A DNA stretch of 64,000 nucleotides. Source: Oscillospiraceae bacterium. GTDB lineage: Bacteria > Bacillota > Clostridia > Oscillospirales > CAG-272. A program made the position numbers and the translations under genes. The notes under the pieces were generated by a model, which was not told the DNA's origin, ran no database searches, and saw only the letters and a list, made by a program, of their open reading frames with translations. Where the stretch lies: positions 23,808 to 87,807 of the forward strand of contig SVTY01000005.1 of NCBI GenBank assembly GCA_015063535.1. Direction: 5' to 3'. This document shows, piece by piece, positions 58,079 to 64,000 of this stretch; within the stretch, counting starts at the first letter, position 1; each line of letters opens with the position of its first letter.

Positions 58079-61000
58079 TTATTTTTCACTTGTATTGATT
58101 ATGCTTTCGCTAAAATTACTCGGTCTGTAATTCACAAGATCTTCGGTCATAGCTCTTACTCTGAAGGAAACAACGTTAGAGGATGCTCCCATAGAGAGCT
58201 TAGCAACCTGCCTCTCTATTATTCTTCCATCAGACAATACGCATTCTACTATGTAATACGTTGCTCCGTCAACCGCATCCCAAACGAGACAACTACTGTC
58301 AGTGTCAATTTTAACATTGGTAGGCGTGCCAAGCGAAATTCTGTTATCGATACAGGTATATTCAACCCATTCGCTATCAAGATAACCGTTCGTTACGCCT
58401 TCCTCGGATACTACGCACATCACACGAAGCACGTCACCGTTGTTAAGCACAAGTGAGAGATTACCGTTAAGCTCAACTCGCACAGGCGTACCGCCGTTGA
58501 TCGTGTAAAGGTAATGAGATGCGTTTTCGGTGCCAGCCGTCCAACTTATCTTACAGGTGGTAGTGTCATATTCCCCGAATACGGGTGCTGCAACCTTAAT
58601 GCCGTCGAAGGTTACCCAATCGCTCCATTCACTCGCAAGCCAATATCCCGATGCGGGTATTCTAACTCTTACCTTCGTTCCGGCAGAGGGCACGTAGAAG
58701 CGAGCGTAGCCTGCTTCGGATGCTATGGTGATATCTACGGGATTTCCGTTCTCATCTATTGCTTCATACTCGTAGTGATCGTTATTCCAACCATCAAGGC
58801 TTTCGGGAGTTACCACGCCGTAATATTCGCCATACAGTTCCTTGTATTCGATGGTAGGCTTTTCAATTTGCGCATAAACGGCAACGCCGTCAGCCCAACG
58901 AGTAGCTTGATACTCTCCGTCCTCGTAGTCAGTACCTATCAGTCTTATAGAGACACCGAAATTATATGTTCCGGCTTTAAGCTTTGATGCATCCACGGTA
59001 ATAGTGTAAGAGCTTTCATAATCGGAAACGTATTTTTCCATCAAACCGTCAAGGCTCTGTCCGGCTTTAATACGCTGAATATATTCGTTGAACCAAGCCG
59101 CCTCGTCAATATCGAACTCGTGCTTGCTCTCGTCAAGATAAATAACCTCACCGTCTACTTCGACCTTATAAACATAGCCGATTGCATAAGGCGCTCCAAT
59201 ACCCGTCCAGTAATCGCGCTCATTGAAAAGAGTCAAGGTGAGCTTTCCGTCGGCGTAGCTTACGTTTTCCATCTCTACCCAATGATTGGTAAGTTCTCGG
59301 TCAAGATTGATGCCTTCGTTTACAGTACCCTCTGTCAAAGCGCCGCCCTCTTGCTTATCGTACTTGTATTCGATTTCAATATCCAAACCGTTTAATCCGT
59401 AGGTAAGAGCATCGTCAAGTACCACGTAGTAATATTTGCCGACCTTAAATACCTTCTCGGTATCCGTGCCGTTATATTCAAACTCGTAGTAATACTTGCC
59501 CTTTGCTGCCTCGGCTTGCCAATAAGCTATGTCGGTGTTATTATTTGCGCGGTTTTCGAGATACCACTTTGCATAATTAAGCGGACGGCGCTGTTCTTCA
59601 AGCGCTGACATCTGTTGATGTATCGACCACATCAGATCATCATTTCCGTAGGCGGCGTTGAATTCATTCTGAAGCACGTCGATTTGCGCATTCAAGTCAT
59701 CGATTGCCGTAGGATGTTCGAGAATGTAAAGCACGTCGTTTGCAACCCATCTTGCGCTTTCCTCTTTGTAAAGCTTTAAGGTAAAGCTATCAATTGCAGG
59801 GTAATTTTCATCACCGTTGCTGAGTTGGAAGTAATAAACCGCATCGTTTACAAAGGTATATACGCCGTCCTTCTGATACCACGGATTGCCAAGATAGTTG
59901 ATCCAAGCACCTTCCTCAATGTACTTTCCTTGCGTGTATTCGGTATCCTTGTAATACACACGAATGCGGTAAGAGTTTCCGCACAAAATGCCTTTGGAAA
60001 CGGTGGCAGTTCCGTTATAATTTGTATCGGTATATACTATTTCTTCCCCTTTGAGTACCTCAAGCTTGATATACTCTGCGGTATTGCTATTCAAGGTGGT
60101 GTTTACCTTGATAGCGCCGTAGTATCCGTCTTTTTCGGAATTATAAAGCAGAGTTCCGTTTACTTCACCGACAGTAATTGCTTCGTGAGTGAGTATATGC
60201 TGCTCAAACAGAATATGGGCAGTTACGCCGTTTCCGTCGTGAAGATCGGCATACAGGTAAACATAAATCCAATAGTCCGTATTTTCCACAAGTCCTGTTG
60301 CACTTACAGCATTGTTGCCGATAACAAGGCTTTGATTTGCTATGATATTATATCCGTCATATACGGCAATGCCGAGCCAACCCCCAGTCAGATTCAAGAG
60401 TCCGCTTGCATCTGCTACGTTAAGTGTTGCAGAGCAACTATTTATTGTAAGAGATGTGGGGTTGAAATCGGACACCGTGGGATTCTGTGCCTGATACGGC
60501 AGACCAATGCTGACAGTATCGTTGTTGTTCATAAATTCGTCCGTACCGTCTGCGTTGATATAGGTATCTGCAATATACTCAATATCCGTAACGGTATAAG
60601 TCTTTTCCGTATACGTGCCGCTTGGAATGGTCACCGCAACGTAAACACAGTTATAGTGCCGACTGCCTTCCTCAATAAAGAAAGAGGAAAGACCGCCGCC
60701 CACTTGATATTTCGTTCCGTTCAGCTTCAAAGAAAGAATCGTGTGCTGATTCGGATTATCCAACCAAATCTGAATATATACAGCTTCACCCGCTCTGGAG
60801 TAAATTTCATAATCGGATGCCGTCGGTAAGCTTGCACCCAAGTGATTATCGCTATCTGCAAAGTATTCCTTCAAAGCTGTTCCAAACATACGATAGCTTC
60901 CGCCCGATGCCATTTGATACGACTTCATCACGGTACGAACAGCAAACGTATTCGGAAATCCATTCGCCTGTGAAGGCTCATTGTTCGAAGCAATTATGCC

Positions 61001-61867
61001 AAGATAGGTCGGCGCATCTGTCGATGTGGAGGTGCTTGCCGTATAGGTCTTGGAAGCACTGTAATCGCCATCGGTGTAACTCGTTCCGTCGCCGACAGCC
61101 TTTACCGAGATACTCTGACCGTCGGAAAGCTGTACGGATGTTCCCATTGTAGGTGTTTCCGCACCGCCGTTAATCTTGTACATATAGCTGCTTGCATTCG
61201 CCACCTCAGCCCAAGTCGCAAGACCTGTGCGTAAGATCGTAACGGCAGGCGTACCGAGCTTTGTGGGCTGAGGCACAGGAGCCCCCGCCGTATAAGTCTG
61301 CGAATCGCTATACTCACTATCGGTATAATTCGTTCCGTCGCCAACCGCCTTTACCGAGATACTCTGACCGTCGGAAAGCTGCACGGAGGTCTCCGTTGTG
61401 GCAGCTTCAGCACCACCGTCAATCTTGTAAACATAGCTGCTTGCATTGGCAACAGCCTTCCAGCTTGCAAGACCTTCGCCCGAAATCGTAACAGCGGGTG
61501 TACTAAGCTTGGTTTGTTGCGGTGTAGACAGTGTTGTTGCTGTGTAAGTTACAGTATTACTCCAATCACTTGTCGAGTAAGTGCTTCCATTGCCAACAGC
61601 ACGCACCTTTAATGTCTGCCCACTTGTTAAAGCTTTTGTTGTTACCGTGTTCTCAACGTATGACAAATTTCCGTCAAGGCTGATTTCAAATTTATCAGCA
61701 TTGGGATCCGCCTCCCAGCTTGCTACATTGTCCGTGAGGGTAATAACGGGAGCAGATAGCTTTTGCGGTGTTGCGGATGTGGGCTCGTCATCACAAGCGG
61801 TCAGCCCCACAAGCGCAGATACTGCCATACAAACCACAAGCAGAATAGAGAGAAATTTTCTTTTCAT
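58079..61867 (-). CDS. 1262-aa surface lipoprotein with FN3-like modules at both ends, function unknown
   Basis: Signal peptide plus lipobox MKRKFLSILLVVCMAVSALVGLTAC. Three N-terminal ~80-aa repeats (..P[AV]VTI...W..V.NAS.Y.YKI.GG...SV[KR]AVGDG..Y.DS..S...TYT) and two similar C-terminal modules. About 800 aa of beta-rich Y/N/T-rich centre. GGAGG RBS. About 40-45% GC. Confidence 0.8.
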   Translation of the reverse strand: MKRKFLSILLVVCMAVSALVGLTACDDEPTSATPQKLSAPVITLTDNVASWEADPNADKFEISLDGNLSYVENTVTTKALTSGQTLKVRAVGNGSTYSTSDWSNTVTYTATTLSTPQQTKLSTPAVTISGEGLASWKAVANASSYVYKIDGGAEAATTETSVQLSDGQSISVKAVGDGTNYTDSEYSDSQTYTAGAPVPQPTKLGTPAVTILRTGLATWAEVANASSYMYKINGGAETPTMGTSVQLSDGQSISVKAVGDGTSYTDGDYSASKTYTASTSTSTDAPTYLGIIASNNEPSQANGFPNTFAVRTVMKSYQMASGGSYRMFGTALKEYFADSDNHLGASLPTASDYEIYSRAGEAVYIQIWLDNPNQHTILSLKLNGTKYQVGGGLSSFFIEEGSRHYNCVYVAVTIPSGTYTEKTYTVTDIEYIADTYINADGTDEFMNNNDTVSIGLPYQAQNPTVSDFNPTSLTINSCSATLNVADASGLLNLTGGWLGIAVYDGYNIIANQSLVIGNNAVSATGLVENTDYWIYVYLYADLHDGNGVTAHILFEQHILTHEAITVGEVNGTLLYNSEKDGYYGAIKVNTTLNSNTAEYIKLEVLKGEEIVYTDTNYNGTATVSKGILCGNSYRIRVYYKDTEYTQGKYIEEGAWINYLGNPWYQKDGVYTFVNDAVYYFQLSNGDENYPAIDSFTLKLYKEESARWVANDVLYILEHPTAIDDLNAQIDVLQNEFNAAYGNDDLMWSIHQQMSALEEQRRPLNYAKWYLENRANNNTDIAYWQAEAAKGKYYYEFEYNGTDTEKVFKVGKYYYVVLDDALTYGLNGLDIEIEYKYDKQEGGALTEGTVNEGINLDRELTNHWVEMENVSYADGKLTLTLFNERDYWTGIGAPYAIGYVYKVEVDGEVIYLDESKHEFDIDEAAWFNEYIQRIKAGQSLDGLMEKYVSDYESSYTITVDASKLKAGTYNFGVSIRLIGTDYEDGEYQATRWADGVAVYAQIEKPTIEYKELYGEYYGVVTPESLDGWNNDHYEYEAIDENGNPVDITIASEAGYARFYVPSAGTKVRVRIPASGYWLASEWSDWVTFDGIKVAAPVFGEYDTTTCKISWTAGTENASHYLYTINGGTPVRVELNGNLSLVLNNGDVLRVMCVVSEEGVTNGYLDSEWVEYTCIDNRISLGTPTNVKIDTDSSCLVWDAVDGATYYIVECVLSDGRIIERQVAKLSMGASSNVVSFRVRAMTEDLVNYRPSNFSESIINTSEK
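61081..61578. repeat. Tandem 249-bp (83-codon) DNA repeat inside the lipoprotein gene
   Basis: tcgttccgtcgcc..cctttaccgagatactctgaccgtcggaaagctg occurs at 61081 and 61330 (34-nt identical core). The units encode FN3-like repeats 3 and 2. Confidence 0.85.
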
Positions 61868-61902
61868 AATGTACCTCCAATATTATTTTTATAAATAACA
61901 AA

Positions 61903-61948
61903 AAGCCATCGAACAGATGGGTACAAAGCACCCACCGTCAGATGGCTT
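61903..61948 (-). terminator. Intrinsic-terminator-like hairpin within the lipoprotein 5' leader
   Basis: Minus strand AAGCCATC-tgac-GGTGGGT-gctttgt-ACCCATC-tgttc-GATGGCTT followed by TTTTGTTATTTAT. It ends about 24 nt before the GGAGG RBS. Confidence 0.55.
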
Positions 61949-62001
61949 GATTGTTTTTATGAAATTGCACACGAAAATAAGGCGAGCTACAGAATGCTCA
62001 C

Positions 62002-62062
<61 letters not shown>

Positions 62063-62066
62063 AAAG

Positions 62067-62096
62067 ATTATACCCGACCTTCGACATACTTGTCAA
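62067..62096 (-). promoter_or_regulatory. Promoter P2 of lipoprotein gene
   Basis: Minus strand TTGACA-18 nt-TATAAT. The -10 ends 5 nt before the first AGAC unit. Confidence 0.55.
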
Positions 62097-62122
62097 CCTC
62101 TTTCGTAATATTTTTCAATATA

Positions 62123-62151
62123 AGTATAACATAATTTTATGAATAAATCAA
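62123..62151 (-). promoter_or_regulatory. Promoter P1 upstream of P2
   Basis: Minus strand TTGATT-17 nt-TATACT with TGt extension. Confidence 0.5.
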
Positions 62152-62191
62152 GATTTTTTGATATATTTACCAAGATTGGTTATAAAATCTT

Positions 62192-62215
62192 GACGGCGGA
62201 GAAATATCCGCCGCC
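62192..62215 (-). terminator. Terminator of EEP gene
   Basis: Minus strand GGCGGCGGA-tatttc-TCCGCCGTC, then AAGATTTTAT. Confidence 0.55.
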
Positions 62216-62240
62216 AAACTGCGATATTGATTAACAGAAA

Positions 62241-62978
62241 TTACCACGCCACCGTAGCAATATAGGGGCAATGGTCGGTTTGTGTCACGGCGGGTGCTGC
62301 GACATCCGTGATCCGCACATCGGCGCTCGCAAACAAATAATCGATCTTCTTATTGGGTGCATGGCTCGGGAAGGTCAGCGGCAGAGCAGGATTGACGGTA
62401 GAATCCTTCAAAACCGAGGCAAGCTCGGCGTAATAGGTGCTGGTAGGAACCAAATTAAGGTCTCCTGTAAAGATCGCATGCCCCGTCAGCTTCGCAACCT
62501 CTGCCTTAACGGTATCCACCGCCAGTTGAATCTCATCGGGACAAAGTCCGAAGTGACAGATCATCATGGTCAGCACCCGTCCCTGCACCTCAATCTCGGC
62601 AATCAGTAAAACCCGATCCTCATATCGGCTCTGCCCCGAAAGCCGTTTTTCCACAGGCACTGCGATCGGAATTGCCCGATAACTGCGAATCGGGTATTTA
62701 CTGACCAACGCATTGCCGTATTCATAGCCTTTATGGTGAGTGATCGCCTTGGCAAAGACAAAATGATATCCCAGCTTCTCGGCAATCAGCTTTGCTTGGT
62801 CAACATCGTGCAAAGCTCCGTCGTTTCTTCTGACCTCATTCAAGCCGCAAATGTCAAAGCCCATCGCACGGATGACCTCTGCCACCCCATCCAAATCAAT
62901 GATCTCCTCCCCCGTCTTGCAAAAATGCGCATGCCATCTTCCATGCTGAATGTTGTACGTTCCCACCTTCAAATTCAT
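62241..62978 (-). CDS. Endonuclease/exonuclease/phosphatase (EEP) family protein
   Basis: MNLKVGTYNIQHG, CGLNEV, ICHFGL, FTGDLN, QTDHCPY follow the EEP motif order. Confidence 0.8.
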   Translation of the reverse strand: MNLKVGTYNIQHGRWHAHFCKTGEEIIDLDGVAEVIRAMGFDICGLNEVRRNDGALHDVDQAKLIAEKLGYHFVFAKAITHHKGYEYGNALVSKYPIRSYRAIPIAVPVEKRLSGQSRYEDRVLLIAEIEVQGRVLTMMICHFGLCPDEIQLAVDTVKAEVAKLTGHAIFTGDLNLVPTSTYYAELASVLKDSTVNPALPLTFPSHAPNKKIDYLFASADVRITDVAAPAVTQTDHCPYIATVAW

Positions 62979-62993
62979 GTTCTTTTCTCCTTT

Positions 62994-63641
62994 TCATTGA
63001 TTATCACAGTCCGTGAAAATGTCTTGCATCACCGAGCGAAGGTCTCCATAGACAGGAACGCCCAAATGCCCAAGCGATCGTGCCGATTGATGACCCCGTG
63101 CGATCAAAACACACCGTGCACCGATCCGTTCGGCAACCTCCGCGTCATGGTCGGTATCTCCCAACCAAAGCACCGAGGCATCGGGGTGTCGCTCTCTCCA
63201 ATCCTGCGCCAAGGATAGCTTGGAAGCGGCATGAATGTTGTCAAGCCCCAAGATCTCCTCAAAAAAATCCGTCAATCCAAGCTCCGACAATTGCTCGCAC
63301 AGCATTCCGCACTCGGTCGCCGACAGCACGACCTGCCGAACTCCCCGCTCCCGCAGACGGATCAGCGTATCCCGCACATCGGGAAAGACCTCCGCACTCT
63401 TTACATAATGCAAATATTGCTCCACCCACAGAGGAGCAATCACCTCATACGGCTCTTTTGCAAAATCAAAGCCCAAGCGCTCATAGTATGTGCGAATAGG
63501 AAACCCGAATACCTCCCGATAGGCTTCCTTGTTCGGAAGGCACGGCATTCCCCGATCAGCAAGCAATCGATTCACAGCACAAATTCCCGCTTCCACATCG
63601 TCAAGGATCGTCCCGTTAAAGTCCCAAATACAGTACTCCAT
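62994..63641 (-). CDS. HAD-IA hydrolase
   Basis: CIWDFNGTILDD, LSAT, LGDTDHDAEVA. Confidence 0.7.
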   Translation of the reverse strand: MEYCIWDFNGTILDDVEAGICAVNRLLADRGMPCLPNKEAYREVFGFPIRTYYERLGFDFAKEPYEVIAPLWVEQYLHYVKSAEVFPDVRDTLIRLRERGVRQVVLSATECGMLCEQLSELGLTDFFEEILGLDNIHAASKLSLAQDWRERHPDASVLWLGDTDHDAEVAERIGARCVLIARGHQSARSLGHLGVPVYGDLRSVMQDIFTDCDNQ

Positions 63642-63702
63642 CCTGCCACCTTCAAAAAAAGCAGGTCACCAAACGGAGACCTGCTTACGATCCCTTATCG
63701 GA

Positions 63703-64000
63703 TCATTTTTTAATAATCTTCTGTGCCTTCAGCCATGCCGTGTACGAGCACTGCAGCGAGCCGCATTTTCCGTCGCACGCCTTCTCTGCGCCCTTGTCAT
63801 CGGTGCCGTGATCGGCATCCAGATGCTTCTGCACGGCGACAGATTCGGCAACCTCCTGCTGAGCATCCGCTAAGAAGGTGTTAAAGCTTTCCATGGTATC
63901 ACACTTCTGATATGCTTCCCACAGACGATCGGACAGCGTTCTGATCTCCTGCAAGCCCTCTTTGTCAATAGCAAAGCCGTTATAGTCGGGAGTAAATCCG
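63703..64000 (-). CDS. C-terminal part of an unidentified protein (N-terminus outside window)
   Basis: The reading frame stays open to the window edge (..GFTPDYNGFAIDKEGLQEIRTLSDRLWEAYQKC...). Cys-rich tail ACDGKCGSLQCSY. The M at 63954 in the track is a TTG inside a longer ORF. Confidence 0.5.
   Translation of the reverse strand, partial: GFTPDYNGFAIDKEGLQEIRTLSDRLWEAYQKCDTMESFNTFLADAQQEVAESVAVQKHLDADHGTDDKGAEKACDGKCGSLQCSYTAWLKAQKIIKK

Noticed and set aside
59825-60829. 334-aa plus-strand ORF inside the lipoprotein gene
   Set aside because: Antisense to a continuous 1262-codon ORF that has a signal peptide, lipobox and RBS. There are no supporting signals of its own.

Overview
This is 64 kb of chromosome, about 55-60% GC by eye, from a spore-forming Clostridia-class Firmicute. 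Evidence for that placement: cotJABC, a SipL-like DUF3794/LysM protein, CIRCE-groESL, and a sepF-yggT-ylmH-lspA-rluD block. Gene order looks Oscillospiraceae/Ruminococcaceae-like, but I cannot verify taxonomy without a database. I call about 70 genes, mostly housekeeping. The main blocks are argR-nadK-tlyA-ispA-xseBA-nusB, a CDP-hexose/GT2 cassette, a thioredoxin, an AGCS symporter, groESL, rimO-pgsA, typA, fhs-tsaE-tsaB-rpiB-ispD-ispF-rpe, der/obg/ppa, cotJABC, queH, the division-cluster tail, miaA-queA, and a lysine riboswitch with dapAB. I found no CRISPR array, prophage, rRNA or recognisable defence genes. The stretches worth a second look are: (1) An AT-rich island at 15.65-17.5 kb. It carries a RAYT-type HUH transposase whose own coding sequence contains a perfect 29-bp inverted pair of GTAG-headed, REP-like hairpins. 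Next to it is an orphan promoter feeding a riboswitch-like helix/antiterminator/terminator RNA, followed by an unknown membrane protein. (2) An AT-rich 3.8-kb gene for a 1262-aa lipoprotein with FN3-like modules. Its leader begins with a perfect (AGAC)15 microsatellite directly after a consensus promoter and also contains an intrinsic-terminator-like hairpin. (3) A composite GC-hairpin plus AT-palindrome element of about 78 nt, present in three copies around ispDF. (4) An AraC-linked TIM-barrel/ThuA/Gfo-Idh-MocA/DMT operon with a cytoplasmic GH10-like enzyme, a candidate oxidative 3-keto-glycoside route. (5) A promoter-to-terminator unit with no ORF beside tRNA-Arg(CCU), a candidate sRNA. (6) Repeat-dense spacers, including an 8-mer x6 repeat abutting a stop codon. 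All functional calls rest on motif recognition by eye, and start codons were adjusted using RBS and overlap logic. No homology or Rfam searches could be run.
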